Source: Dehalococcoidia bacterium (GTDB taxonomy: Bacteria > Chloroflexota > Dehalococcoidia > UBA2979). Taken from it: a stretch of 64,000 bases of DNA. This document shows positions 46,121 through 55,524 of this stretch, piece after piece. The position numbers were made by a program, and so were the translations under genes. Under the pieces are notes generated by a model. That model worked only from the letters and a program-made list of their open reading frames with translations, was not told the origin of the DNA and ran no database searches. The stretch covers positions 1,303,355-1,367,354 of the forward strand of contig OZ219871.1 of the NCBI GenBank assembly GCA_964291495.2, written 5' to 3'. Every line of letters begins with the position of its first letter. Positions within the stretch are counted from its first letter, which is position 1.

Positions 46121-46647
46121 CGGCGGGCGCCGTGCTGCGCGTCTACCTGGGCATCGGCGGCAACCTCGGCGACCGCGTCGCCGCGCTGCGCACGGGCCTC
46201 GAGCGGCTTGCCGAGGCGGGCGTGACCATCGAGGCGGTCTCATCGCTCTGGGAGACGGAGCCGTGGGGTGGACCGGCCTGCGCCGAGCCCGCGCCGGCCT
46301 ACGCGAACGCCGCCGCCTGCGTGCGCAGCACGCTCGAACCCCTTGAGCTGCTGCGCCTCTGCAAGCGCATCGAGGTCGCCGCGGGGCGCGATCTGGACGC
46401 GCCGCGCAACAGCCCGCGCCCGCTCGATCTCGACCTGCTGCTCGCCGGCGACCTGCGCATCGAGAGCGAGGAGCTGCGGATCCCGCACCCGCGCATGCAC
46501 CAGCGCGGCTTCGTGCTCGTTCCCCTCGCCGAGATCGCACCGGACGTCGTGCACCCGCTGCTCGGGCGCTCGATCGCCGAGCTGCGCGACGCGGTGGGCC
46601 TCGAGGGCGTCGAGCCGCTCTCGCCGGCGGGCTGGGAGTCCGGCTAG
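46117..46647 (+). CDS. folK: 2-amino-4-hydroxy-6-hydroxymethyldihydropteridine diphosphokinase
   Basis: [39 protein letters not shown]. 4-nt overlap with folP. Confidence 0.92.
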   Translation: MTAGAVLRVYLGIGGNLGDRVAALRTGLERLAEAGVTIEAVSSLWETEPWGGPACAEPAPAYANAAACVRSTLEPLELLRLCKRIEVAAGRDLDAPRNSPRPLDLDLLLAGDLRIESEELRIPHPRMHQRGFVLVPLAEIAPDVVHPLLGRSIAELRDAVGLEGVEPLSPAGWESG

Positions 46648-47387
46648 CCCTCCAGCAGCCGCTCGCGCAGGCGCGCGATCAGCGGCTCGTCGACGCCTCC
46701 GAGGGCTAGCAATGCCTCGGTCGAGCCGTAGCGCGCGTCGATCCCGCTGAGCAGCGAGCGCATCGTCTCGGGCGCGGCGTCGAGCATCTCGCGCGTGAGA
46801 TCGGTACCCCACGTCTTGCCGCGCTCCGCGATCTGCTCGTCGCTGAGGTCGCGCCACATCGTCAGGTACTCGCGGGTCAGCGCGTAGTCCGCGACGATCG
46901 TCTCGTCCGGCACGCCGAGGGCGCGCAGCAGCAGCGCCGCCGTCACGCCCGTGCGGTCCTTGCCGCCCTCGCAGTTGAAGGCCACGGTCCGGCTCGTGTC
47001 GGCCTCGGCGATCGCGGCGAAGACCTTGCCGATCGCCGTCACGGCGTCCTCGACGCCTTGCAGGTAGTCGAGGCCGGGCCCGTTGCGGGCGCGCATCGTG
47101 ACCCGCCCGTAGGGCTGGTGGCGGTGCTCCACGCCGTGCTCGTGCAGCGCGGAGATTCCGCTCCTCTCCAACTCCTCGTTGGTGCGCAGGTCGATCACGA
47201 GCGCGAGGTCGAGGTCGAGCAGGCGCTGTACGTCGGCCGGTGTTGCCTGCGAGAGCGTGCTGGAGCGGTACACAGTGCGCCAGCGCACGCGTGCGCCCTC
47301 GCTGGTCTCGTACCCGCCGAGGTCCCGGAAGTTCGTCACGCGCTCGAACGGGAGGCGACGCTCGAGGGCCTCCGCTGGGCCCGTCAT
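46644..47387 (-). CDS. protein tyrosine/serine phosphatase (Y_phosphatase3-type)
   Basis: Start at ATG 47387 (ATGA overlap with the upstream small gene). NFRDLGG; CX5R loop [10 protein letters not shown]. Confidence 0.85.
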   Translation of the reverse strand: MTGPAEALERRLPFERVTNFRDLGGYETSEGARVRWRTVYRSSTLSQATPADVQRLLDLDLALVIDLRTNEELERSGISALHEHGVEHRHQPYGRVTMRARNGPGLDYLQGVEDAVTAIGKVFAAIAEADTSRTVAFNCEGGKDRTGVTAALLLRALGVPDETIVADYALTREYLTMWRDLSDEQIAERGKTWGTDLTREMLDAAPETMRSLLSGIDARYGSTEALLALGGVDEPLIARLRERLLEG

Positions 47388-47614
47388 GGGTTGCCGCCGG
47401 ACGGGGGCTCGTCCTCGTCGTCCCACCGGGCGTACGCCATCGTGTAGCCGATCCAGAAGGCGAGGGCGGAGAGCACGGCAACGCCGGCGCCGACGGGCAG
47501 CGCGAGCGCGGCGTAGGAGCGCCGCGCGGCCGCGCCGAGGAAGACGAACAGCTGCAGGAACGCGCCGGCCATCAGCAGCAGGCCGAGCCGCCGCGAGCGG
47601 TCGGCGTCGCTCAC
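47384..47614 (-). CDS. small two-TM membrane protein, unknown function
   Basis: Track ORF. LGLLLMAGAFLQLFVFLGAA and LPVGAGVAVLSALAFWIGYTMAY. Overlaps both neighbours by 4 nt. Confidence 0.6.
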   Translation of the reverse strand: MSDADRSRRLGLLLMAGAFLQLFVFLGAAARRSYAALALPVGAGVAVLSALAFWIGYTMAYARWDDEDEPPSGGNP

Positions 47615-47817
47615 GGGGACGCCTCGGCGAGCTCCGGCGGCAGCAGATTGGGGATGCCGTCCTCGATGCGGTAGCGGTGGTCGCAGGCCGCGCAGTGCAG
47701 CTCGCCGCGCACGATCTCCTCGCGACCGTGCGCGTCGCTCTCCGCCTGCTCGACGGTCAGCGTCAGCTCACCCTTGCAGACGGGGCAGGCGAGGATCTCC
47801 AGCAGCTCGTGGCGCAT
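47611..47817 (-). CDS. Trm112-family zinc-ribbon protein (UPF0434/YcaR-like)
   Basis: LLEILACPVCKGEL...LHCAACDHRYRIEDGIPNLL. Confidence 0.85.
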   Translation of the reverse strand: MRHELLEILACPVCKGELTLTVEQAESDAHGREEIVRGELHCAACDHRYRIEDGIPNLLPPELAEASP

Positions 47818-47930
47818 CGGGCCTCCCTGCGCGCCTCGGCGCGGCGGCGCTCAATGATAGGTGCTGCCGACCGTGGATGCTTGCTGGTCCGAGTCCGCGC
47901 AGCCGGTACCATGCAACGGGGACCGCAACT

Positions 47931-48725
47931 ATGGACAGGCGACTAGCGGCGAATCGCAAGAACTGGGATGAGCGCACACCCGCCCACGCGGCCTCGGACC
48001 ATTACGACGTGCAGGGCTTCAAGCAGGGCCGGATCACCCTCACCGACATCGAGCGGCACGAGGTCGGCGACGTATCCGGCAAGACGCTGCTTCACCTGCA
48101 GTGTCACTTCGGCCTGGACACGATGTCGTGGTCCCGGCTGGGGGCGAAGGCGACGGGGGTGGACTTCTCGGAGACCGCAATCGGCCTGGCCCGCGCGCTC
48201 AACGAGGAGTTGGAGCTGGGCGTTCGATTCATCAGTTCCAACATCTACGACCTGCCAGACGTCCTCGACGAGCAGTTCGACATCGTGTTCACCTCATACG
48301 GCGTCCTGAGCTGGCTGCCTGATATCGGCGGGTGGGCCGAGGTCGCAAGCAACCACCTCAAACCAGCGGGCGTGTTCTACATCGTGGAGTTCCACCCGTT
48401 CGCGGCGGTGTTCGAGGCGTCCGAGGCGGGTGACATGGCGCCGCTGCACGGCTACTTTCACCACGAGCTGTTCTCCGAGGGCGGCGAGCCAGGCTACGCG
48501 GGCACGGAGCTACTGAAGACCCCGACCTACGAGTGGCAGCACAGCATGAGCGACATCGTCTGCGCGCTGATCGACGCGGGCTTGCGCATCGAGTTCCTGC
48601 ACGAGTTCCCCTTCACCCCCTACCAGGCCCATCCCGTGATGGAGCGGGGAGACGACGGCTGGTGGCGGCTTCCGAGGCACAACGAGAGCTTCCCGCAGCT
48701 GTTCTCAATCAGGGCGACCAGGTGA
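47931..48725 (+). CDS. class I SAM-dependent methyltransferase
   Basis: Internal ATG at 47931 (MDRRLAANRKNWDERT...). KTLLHLQCHFGLDT (motif I variant), FDIVFTSYGVLSWL. Noticeably more A/T-ending codons than neighbours. Confidence 0.7.
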   Translation: MDRRLAANRKNWDERTPAHAASDHYDVQGFKQGRITLTDIERHEVGDVSGKTLLHLQCHFGLDTMSWSRLGAKATGVDFSETAIGLARALNEELELGVRFISSNIYDLPDVLDEQFDIVFTSYGVLSWLPDIGGWAEVASNHLKPAGVFYIVEFHPFAAVFEASEAGDMAPLHGYFHHELFSEGGEPGYAGTELLKTPTYEWQHSMSDIVCALIDAGLRIEFLHEFPFTPYQAHPVMERGDDGWWRLPRHNESFPQLFSIRATR

Positions 48726-48856
48726 GTGGCGCGAGATCCGATTGCCGGAGACGGCCCCGCAAGGCACGTGCTGCCGTCCAGGCGCGCTCGCTGGTCGCCG
48801 CCCCCCGCCCTCACTAGACTCGAACACCCGAGGGCGCGACGGACGGGGCTGGCGCG

Positions 48857-49534
48857 ATGGCAGAGCGGATCCCGCTGCAGCGCGCCGTCGCCGTCATCGG
48901 CGACGACAGCGTGGCGATCCGGCGCTCGCGCGCCCAGCTGGTCGCCCCGCTGATCCAGCTCGCTCTGGCCGCCGGGGCCGTCGCGCTGATCGTCGCCTTC
49001 CTCGATGCCCTGCCGCTGGCGCTGCTCATGGTGCTGCTCGTCGTCGCGCTGCTGATGGGGCCGATCGCGACGCTCGGGCTGATCTACAACGTGATCGGCC
49101 GCTCCGTGCTGCTGGAGCGCCGGAAGCAGTCCGTGCGCTGGCAGCAGGGCCTGCTCGGCCTCGGCATCGGCACCGACGAGCTCGTGCCGTTCTGGCGCAT
49201 CGACCACATCGCCGTCGAGGGCGACTACGAGGCGGAGCTGGAGAGCGGCGAGCGGCAGGACCTCGTGACCTGGGAGGTCGAGCTGGTGAAGGACAACGGC
49301 AAGCGGCTCACGATCGGCACGGTCGTCGTCGCCCGCCCGCTCGCGGCCGAGGGCCTGGCGCGCGCGAACCGCCTGGCCGAGGCGGTCGCGGAGCGCAGCG
49401 ACTCGGCGGCGCACCTCGCCGCGCTGCCGGACGAGCCGCCCGAGGAGGCGGCAGCGGCGGAAGCCGCGCGGCCGAGGCGCCGCCGCCGCATGGTGCGCGC
49501 GGGCTCGGCTCCGCCGGAGGTGAGCGATGACTAG
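48857..49534 (+). CDS. membrane-anchored hypothetical protein
   Basis: Track ORF. Two TM segments (LIQLALAAGAVALIVAFL, LALLMVLLVVALLMGPIATLGLIY), then a soluble domain and an Arg-rich tail. Overlaps the next gene by 8 nt. Confidence 0.6.
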   Translation: MAERIPLQRAVAVIGDDSVAIRRSRAQLVAPLIQLALAAGAVALIVAFLDALPLALLMVLLVVALLMGPIATLGLIYNVIGRSVLLERRKQSVRWQQGLLGLGIGTDELVPFWRIDHIAVEGDYEAELESGERQDLVTWEVELVKDNGKRLTIGTVVVARPLAAEGLARANRLAEAVAERSDSAAHLAALPDEPPEEAAAAEAARPRRRRRMVRAGSAPPEVSDD

Positions 49535-49997
49535 CGAGCCGCTGGAGTGGCAGCTCCTGCGCGAGGCGCGCACGATCGCCGTCGTCGCGCGCTCGCCGCG
49601 CACCGATCGCCCGTGGCACGACATCGCCGGCTACCTGATCGAGGCGGGGTACCTCGTCTACCTCGTGAACCCGCTGCTCGACGAGGCGCATGGGCGGCGC
49701 TGCTATGACAGCGTCGACGAGTTGCCGGAGCGCGTCGACATCGTCGACGTGTTTCGCCTGCCGTGGGAGGCGCCGGAGGTCGTCGAGGACGCCATCGAGG
49801 CGGGTGCGGGCGCGGTCTGGCTGCAGCTCGGCATCGTGCATGAGGAGGCGGCCGCGCGCGCCCGCGGTGCGGGGCTGCCGGTGGTGATGGATCGCTGCAC
49901 GAAGGTCGATCACATGCGGATGCAGGCGGACGCAACCGGGGGCGGTGCGCTACACTGGCGGTCTCCCCCACCCGGTAGCGGAGAGGGGCGCGCTTGA
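49527..49997 (+). CDS. CoA-binding domain protein (YccU/YneT-like)
   Basis: ARTIAVVARSPRTDRPWHDIAGYLIEAGYLVYLVNP...VDIVDVFR...GAGAVWLQLG. Confidence 0.8.
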   Translation: MTSEPLEWQLLREARTIAVVARSPRTDRPWHDIAGYLIEAGYLVYLVNPLLDEAHGRRCYDSVDELPERVDIVDVFRLPWEAPEVVEDAIEAGAGAVWLQLGIVHEEAAARARGAGLPVVMDRCTKVDHMRMQADATGGGALHWRSPPPGSGEGRA

Positions 49998-51442
49998 TTC
50001 CGAGCCTGCGCGAATCCTGCGGCGTGATGGGCATCTTCGCCCCCGGCGAGGATGTGGCTCGACTCACCTTCTTCGGCCTGCACTCCCTCCAGCATCGCGG
50101 GCAGGAGTCCGCCGGGATCGCCACCGCCAACGGCAAGCCGGGGGTGCAGCGCTTCGCCGAGATGGGCCTGGTTACCCAGATCTTCCACGAGGAGGTCCTG
50201 GAGGACCTCCAGGGCACGCACGCGATCGGTCACACGCGCTACTCGACGACCGGGTCGAGCACCCACGCCAACATGCAGCCGCTGATCGTCTCCGGCCCGC
50301 AGGGCGAGCTCGCGCTCGCGCACAACGGCAACGTCGTCAACGCCGACCTGCTGCGCAGCGACCTCATCGAGCGCGGCGTCGGGTTCGAGACCGGCACGGA
50401 CTCCGAGGTGCTCGCGCAGCTCCTCGCGAACGCGCCCGGCGGCGACTGGGAGCAGCGCTTCAGCTACGTGATGCGGCGCGCCTCCGGCGCCTACTCGCTG
50501 ACGCTGCTCACGCAGGATGCGCTGTTCGGCGTGCGCGACCCGCTCGGCATCCGCCCGCTCTGTCTCGGTCGCCTCGGCGGCGGCTGGGTGCTCGCCTCGG
50601 AGACCTGCGCGCTGGACACGCTCGGCGCGGAGTTCGTGCGCGAGATCGAGCCCGGCGAGGTCGTGCGCATCGACGGAGCCGGCGTGCAGTCCTGGCGCTA
50701 CGAGGGCGAGCGTCCCGAGGGCCCCTCGCTCTGCCTGCTGGAGCACATCTACTTCGCCCGCCCGGACTCGAAGCTGCAGGGCGAGCGGCTGTACCCGGTG
50801 CGCATGCGGATGGGCGCGCAGCTCGCGCGCGAGCATCCCGCGCCCGGCGACGTCGTGATCGGCATCCCGGACTCGGCGACCGCCGCCGCCGTCGGCTACG
50901 CGCAGGAGTCCGGCATCCCCTACGTCGAGGGCCTCGTGAAGAACCGGTACGTCGGGCGCACCTTCATCCAGCCCGACCAGCGGCTGCGCGATCGAGGCGT
51001 GGAGCTGAAGTTCAACCCGCTGCCCGAGTTGCTCGGCGGCCAGCGCGTGGTCGTCGTCGACGACACGATCGTCCGAGGCACGACCACGCCGCGCGTGGTG
51101 GCGATGCTGCGCAAGGCCGGGGCCAGCGAGGTGCACATGCGCATCACCTCGCCGCCGATCACGCACCCCTGCTTCTACGGCGTCGACATGGCGACGCGCG
51201 GCGAGCTGATCGGCTCGCATCTTGAGATCGAGGAGATCCGCGAACACATTGGCGCGGACTCCCTCGGCTACCTCTCGCTGGAGGGAACGGTCGGCGCGAC
51301 CGGCCAGCAGCGCGACGCGCTCTGCGCGGCCTGCTTCAGCGGGCGCTACCCGAGCGCCGTGCCGCTGCAGCTCGACAAGTTCGCCCTCGAGAGCGGCGGC
51401 TCGATCGACCGGCACGCGGTGCCGCTGCGCGCCGTCCACTGA
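49994..51442 (+). CDS. purF: amidophosphoribosyltransferase
   Basis: TTG start and a short propeptide, then CGVMGIFAPG...LQHRGQESAGIA. PRPP motif VVVVDDTIVRGTT. Confidence 0.94.
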   Translation: MIPSLRESCGVMGIFAPGEDVARLTFFGLHSLQHRGQESAGIATANGKPGVQRFAEMGLVTQIFHEEVLEDLQGTHAIGHTRYSTTGSSTHANMQPLIVSGPQGELALAHNGNVVNADLLRSDLIERGVGFETGTDSEVLAQLLANAPGGDWEQRFSYVMRRASGAYSLTLLTQDALFGVRDPLGIRPLCLGRLGGGWVLASETCALDTLGAEFVREIEPGEVVRIDGAGVQSWRYEGERPEGPSLCLLEHIYFARPDSKLQGERLYPVRMRMGAQLAREHPAPGDVVIGIPDSATAAAVGYAQESGIPYVEGLVKNRYVGRTFIQPDQRLRDRGVELKFNPLPELLGGQRVVVVDDTIVRGTTTPRVVAMLRKAGASEVHMRITSPPITHPCFYGVDMATRGELIGSHLEIEEIREHIGADSLGYLSLEGTVGATGQQRDALCAACFSGRYPSAVPLQLDKFALESGGSIDRHAVPLRAVH

Positions 51443-51509
51443 GCACCATTGAGGATGGAGTGCGGGGTATGATCCGGCCCGGCCCGACGCCTCCCCCGGA
51501 GCCCGCGCG

Positions 51510-52583
51510 ATGAGCGCCTCGACCGAACGCCCGCCCACCCCGCTGCGCTACGCCGACGCGGGCGTCGACGTGCAGGCCGCCGAGGCGAGCATCGGCGACC
51601 TGCGGCTGATCGCCGAACGGGCGAGCCGCCCCGAGGTGCTCGGCGGAGTCGGCGCCTTCGCCGGGCTGTTCCGCCTCGGCGCCGGGCACTACCGCGACCC
51701 GGTGCTCGTCGCCAGCGCCGACGGCGTCGGCACCAAGGTGCTGATCGCCGGCGCGCTCGGACGCTACGAGGGCGTCGGGCAGGACCTCGTGAACCACTGC
51801 GTCAACGACATCCTCACCGCCGGCGCCGAGCCGCTCTTCTTCCTCGACTATCTCGCGACGGCCGGCCTCGCGCAGGAGCGGCGGCTCGAGCTCGTCGCCG
51901 GGATCGGCGCGGCCTGCGAGGAGAACGGCGTGGCCCTGCTCGGCGGCGAGACGGCCGACATGCCGGACCTCTACTCGCCCGGCGACTACGACCTCGCCGG
52001 CTTCATCGTCGGCGTCGCCGAGCGCGAGGCGATCCTCGACGGCTCGGCGATCGACGAGGGCGACGTGCTGATCGCGCTGCCCTCGACTGGGTTGCAGACG
52101 AACGGCTACTCGCTTGTGCGCGAGATCTTCGGCATCGCCAAGGGTCTCGGCGAGGAGCGCGACCGCGAGCTGCTGGACGAGCGCGTCGAGGAGCTCGGCG
52201 GCACGCTCGGCGAGGCGCTGCTGGCGGTGCACGGCTCCTTCCTCGAGGTCGTGCGGCCACTGCTGCCGCGCCTGCGCGGCATGGCGCACATCACGGGCGG
52301 TGGGCTGCCGGGCAACGTGCCGCGGATGCTGCCCGAGGGCCTGCGCGCGCACCTCGACGTCGCGAGCTGGGAGCCGCCGCCGCTGTTCGCGCACATCCAG
52401 CGCGCCGGCGGCATCGAGGACGGCGAGATGTTCCGCACGTTCAACATGGGTATCGGCATGGTGCTCGTCGCGTCGCCCCCGGACGCGGCCACCGTGCTGG
52501 AGGCGGCGCCGGGCAGCTGGCGCTGCGGCGTCGTCGAGCGCCGCGCCGAGGGCGCGCCGGCAGTCGCCGGGTTACCGGAGTAG
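51510..52583 (+). CDS. purM: phosphoribosylformylglycinamidine cyclo-ligase (AIR synthetase)
   Basis: YADAGVDV, DGVGTK, GGETADMP, AHITGGG. Confidence 0.94.
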   Translation: MSASTERPPTPLRYADAGVDVQAAEASIGDLRLIAERASRPEVLGGVGAFAGLFRLGAGHYRDPVLVASADGVGTKVLIAGALGRYEGVGQDLVNHCVNDILTAGAEPLFFLDYLATAGLAQERRLELVAGIGAACEENGVALLGGETADMPDLYSPGDYDLAGFIVGVAEREAILDGSAIDEGDVLIALPSTGLQTNGYSLVREIFGIAKGLGEERDRELLDERVEELGGTLGEALLAVHGSFLEVVRPLLPRLRGMAHITGGGLPGNVPRMLPEGLRAHLDVASWEPPPLFAHIQRAGGIEDGEMFRTFNMGIGMVLVASPPDAATVLEAAPGSWRCGVVERRAEGAPAVAGLPE

Positions 52584-52598
52584 CGAGGGGGAGACACG

Positions 52599-54164
52599 AT
52601 GCGCGCGATCCTGAGCGCCTACGACAAGACGGGCATCACCGGGCTGGCACAGGGCCTGCACGACCTCGGCTGGGAGCTGTTCTCCACCGGCCGCACGCAG
52701 GCCGCCATCGCCGAGGCGGGCGTGCCCGTGGAGAGCATCGCGACGATGACCGGCAGCCCCGAGATGCTCGAGGGGCGCGTGAAGACGCTGCATCCGAAGG
52801 TGCACGGCGGCCTGCTCGCGCGCCGCGACCGCGAGGACGACGCGGCGGAGCTGGCGACGCACGGCATCGACCCGATCGACCTCGTGGCGGTGAACCTCTA
52901 TCCCTTCATCGAGACCGTGAGCGGCACCGACGTCAGCCTTGCCGAGGCGCTCGAGGAGATAGACATCGGCGGCCCGACCATGATCCGCGCGGCGGCCAAG
53001 AACCACCCGTGGGTGATCCCGGTCGTCGACCCCGCGGACTACGAGATGATCCTCGAGGCGTTGAGCGCGGGCGGGCTCGACGCCGGGGCGCGGCGCGCGC
53101 TGGCGGCGAAGGCGTTCGCGCACGTCTCGCACTACGACGCCGCGATCGCTGAGTACCTGCGCGGCGAGGACGACCTGCTGCCGGAGCAGCTGACGCTGGC
53201 GATGACCCGCGTGGAGGTGATGCGTTACGGCGAGAACCCGCACCAGCAGGGTGCGTTCTACACGCTCGACTCCGTCCGCCAGCCCGTGGAGGGCATCGGC
53301 GGCTTCGAGCAGCACCACGGGCAGGGCATGTCGTACGTCAACTTCCTCGATGCCGACGCCGCATTCAATCTCGTTTGCGACGTCGAGGGCGCTGCGGTGG
53401 CGATCATCAAGCACACGAACCCCGCCTGCTTCGCCGCGGGCGCCGAGGGCGACGCGCTCGCGCCGCTCTACGAGCGCTCGCTGGCCGAGGGCGACTACGT
53501 CTCGGCGTACGGCGGCATCGTCGCGGTCAACCGCCCGATCGACTTCGAGATGGCGGACGCGCTGCGCCAGGTACGTAATCCCGAGTCTGGTGTGCGCATG
53601 CGCTACGACATCGTGATCGCGCCGGGCTATACCGAGGACGGCCTGGAGCACCTGAAGAAGAAGTCGAGGGACCTGCGCATTCTCGAGGCGCCGCCGGGCG
53701 AGCCCCGGCGTGAGCGCATCGAGGCTCGCGGCATCCGCGGCGCGATGCTGCTGCAGACGGCCGATGTCTCCGAGGAAACGACATTCGACCTCACGAGCGA
53801 GCGCGAGCCCTCGGGGGCGGAGCTCGAGGATCTGCGGCTCGCCTGGGTGGTGTGCAAGCACGTGAAGTCCAACGCCGTCGTGTTCGTGAAGGACGGCGTG
53901 CTGATCGGCATGGGCGCCGGTCAGCCCAACCGCGTCGGAAGCGCCCGGCTCTGCCAGCAGCAGGCGGGCGAGCGGGCGCGGGGCGCGGTTGCCGCGACGG
54001 ACGCGTTCATCCCCTTCCCCGACACCATCGAGGTGTGCGCCGAGGCCGGTTGCACGGTAGTCGCCCACACCGGCGGCTCGATCCGCGACGAGGACTCGAT
54101 CGAGACCGCGAACCGCCTCGGCGTCTCGCTGGTAGCAACCGGAGCGCGCCACTTCCGCCACTAG
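52599..54164 (+). CDS. purH: bifunctional AICAR transformylase / IMP cyclohydrolase
   Basis: MRAILSAYDKTGI, VKTLHPKVHGG, VAVNLYPF, IKHTNPC-like IIKHTNPACFA, GMGAGQPNRV. Confidence 0.95.
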   Translation: MRAILSAYDKTGITGLAQGLHDLGWELFSTGRTQAAIAEAGVPVESIATMTGSPEMLEGRVKTLHPKVHGGLLARRDREDDAAELATHGIDPIDLVAVNLYPFIETVSGTDVSLAEALEEIDIGGPTMIRAAAKNHPWVIPVVDPADYEMILEALSAGGLDAGARRALAAKAFAHVSHYDAAIAEYLRGEDDLLPEQLTLAMTRVEVMRYGENPHQQGAFYTLDSVRQPVEGIGGFEQHHGQGMSYVNFLDADAAFNLVCDVEGAAVAIIKHTNPACFAAGAEGDALAPLYERSLAEGDYVSAYGGIVAVNRPIDFEMADALRQVRNPESGVRMRYDIVIAPGYTEDGLEHLKKKSRDLRILEAPPGEPRRERIEARGIRGAMLLQTADVSEETTFDLTSEREPSGAELEDLRLAWVVCKHVKSNAVVFVKDGVLIGMGAGQPNRVGSARLCQQQAGERARGAVAATDAFIPFPDTIEVCAEAGCTVVAHTGGSIRDEDSIETANRLGVSLVATGARHFRH

Positions 54165-54183
54165 TTTGCGATTCGCTCCGGCC

Positions 54184-54354
54184 CCCTCGGAAGCCTCGAG
54201 GGCGCACCGAACCTCGCGAGCGGCGATCCGGCCCCCTCTCCTGGGGGAGAGGGTTGGGGTGAGGGGGCTCGCCTCGCCGTCGCCGTCCTCGCCGGGTTGT
54301 TGCGCCCGCGGCGGCATCCTCCCTCGCCCTCCGCCCTCTCCCTCGGGGCGAGGG
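54184..54354. repeat. cluster of CCCTC/GAGGG-type GC-rich hairpins in the purH-GT2 spacer
   Basis: CCCTCG/CGAGGG (54184-54189 / 54197-54202), right after the purH stop. CCCTCTCC/GGAGAGGG (54234-54241 / 54246-54253, 4-nt loop). CCCTCGCCC/GGGCGAGGG (54321-54329 / 54346-54354). Confidence 0.5.
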
Positions 54355-54445
54355 GACCGGATGCTCCTCTGCATCCGCCTGCGGACGCCGTGGGCAACGG
54401 TCCGGTTGCCCCGAACGCGTCATAACCCGCTACGATTGGCGCACG

Positions 54446-55198
54446 ATGGCGAACGTCGACCTCGTGCTGCCGGTCTACAACGAGGAGCTGATCCTCGCGC
54501 AGAGCGTCGCGCGCGTTCTCGAATGGACGGACGCGCACCCGGAGCACGACTGGCGCATCGTCGTCGCCGACAACGCCTCGACGGACCGCACGTTCCAGAT
54601 CGCGCGCGAGCTGGAGGAGGAGCACGGCGGCGAGGAGGGCGGGCGCTTCGTCGCGCTGCACATCCCGGTCAAGGGGCGTGGCATCGCGCTGCGCGTCAGC
54701 TGGCTGACCTCGCCCGCGGACGTGCTCGCCTACATGGACGTCGATCTCTCGACGGACCTGAAGCACATCCCGGCGCTGATCGACCCGATCGCCGCGGGCG
54801 AGGTGGACGTCAGCTACGGCACGCGGCTGCATCAGGACTCGGAGACGGAGCGCTCGCTGCGCCGCGAGTTCACCTCGAGGACCTACGTGCAGATCCTGCG
54901 GCGGCTGGGGCGGCTCAACGTCACCGACGCGCAGTGCGGCTTCAAGGCGATCGGCCGCGAGCCCGCGCGGGCGCTGCTGCCGCTGGTGCGCGACACCGGC
55001 TGGTTCTTCGACTCGGAGCTGCTGCTGCTGGCGCAGGAGAATGGTTACCGCCTGCGCGAGGTGCCCGTGCGCTGGATCGAGGATCGCGACAGCCGCGTCA
55101 AGATCCTGCACACGGCAATCGAGGACCTCAGGGGACTGTGGCGGCTGCGCATCGGCGGGGTGCCGCGCGTGCCGCAGCGCGGCGGCGGCGCCGGGTAG
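54446..55198 (+). CDS. family 2 glycosyltransferase (polyprenyl-phosphate sugar synthase-like)
   Basis: VDLVLPVYNEE, VVADNASTDRT, YMDVDLS, FDSELL. Confidence 0.85.
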   Translation: MANVDLVLPVYNEELILAQSVARVLEWTDAHPEHDWRIVVADNASTDRTFQIARELEEEHGGEEGGRFVALHIPVKGRGIALRVSWLTSPADVLAYMDVDLSTDLKHIPALIDPIAAGEVDVSYGTRLHQDSETERSLRREFTSRTYVQILRRLGRLNVTDAQCGFKAIGREPARALLPLVRDTGWFFDSELLLLAQENGYRLREVPVRWIEDRDSRVKILHTAIEDLRGLWRLRIGGVPRVPQRGGGAG

Positions 55199-55264
55199 GC
55201 CGCCAGCGAGGGGTCGCCGCGCCCCGATCGGGCGCATTCCAGGCCGTCTCGGGCGCTCGAATCC

Positions 55265-55294
55265 TTGACCGTAGGAAAGGGGCGTCGCTAGGAT
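55265..55294 (+). promoter_or_regulatory. candidate promoter of the cytochrome bc-type operon
   Basis: TTGACC (55265-55270), an 18-nt spacer, then TAGGAT (55289-55294). Confidence 0.35.
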
Positions 55295-55368
55295 CGCGGC
55301 GCCTGGGAGCGGGGCGTTCGCCTCGCTGCGGCGGCTGCTTGCCTCGGGCAGCGAAAGAGGGGCGCTCC

Positions 55369-55476
55369 ATGATCTTCGGTGAAGTCGGAGAAGCGCTCGA
55401 ACTCACCATCATCTTCTTCCTGATGATGGGAGCCTTCGCGACGCTCGTGCTGCTCGGCAAGTGGTGGGAAGCCTAG
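55369..55476 (+). CDS. 35-aa single-TM mini-protein preceding cytochrome b6 (possible small complex subunit)
   Basis: ATG at 55369 with GAAAGAGGGG SD: MIFGEVGEALELTIIFFLMMGAFATLVLLGKWWEA. It is the tail of the spurious track ORF 54166..55476. Confidence 0.5.
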   Translation: MIFGEVGEALELTIIFFLMMGAFATLVLLGKWWEA

Positions 55477-55524
55477 AGACGGCGACAACCATCGGCTCGC
55501 GCGTGAGCTGATCGGGGGGAGCGG

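Noticed and set aside
44528-46540. 670-aa minus-strand ORF
   Set aside because: It is antisense to the JAMM, folP and folK genes. It is extremely Arg/Ala/Pro/Gly-rich with no recognisable domain.
45248-46647. Functional link between folP-folK and the sulfur-carrier cluster (same strand, 18 nt after the JAMM gene)
   Set aside because: No biochemical rationale is known to me. It is most simply read-through or operon packing of unrelated housekeeping genes.
52572-54374. 600-aa minus-strand ORF opposite purH
   Set aside because: It is antisense to purH. Its N-terminal SPLTPTLSPRRGG peptide is only the translation of the CCCTC/GAGGG hairpin repeats in the spacer.
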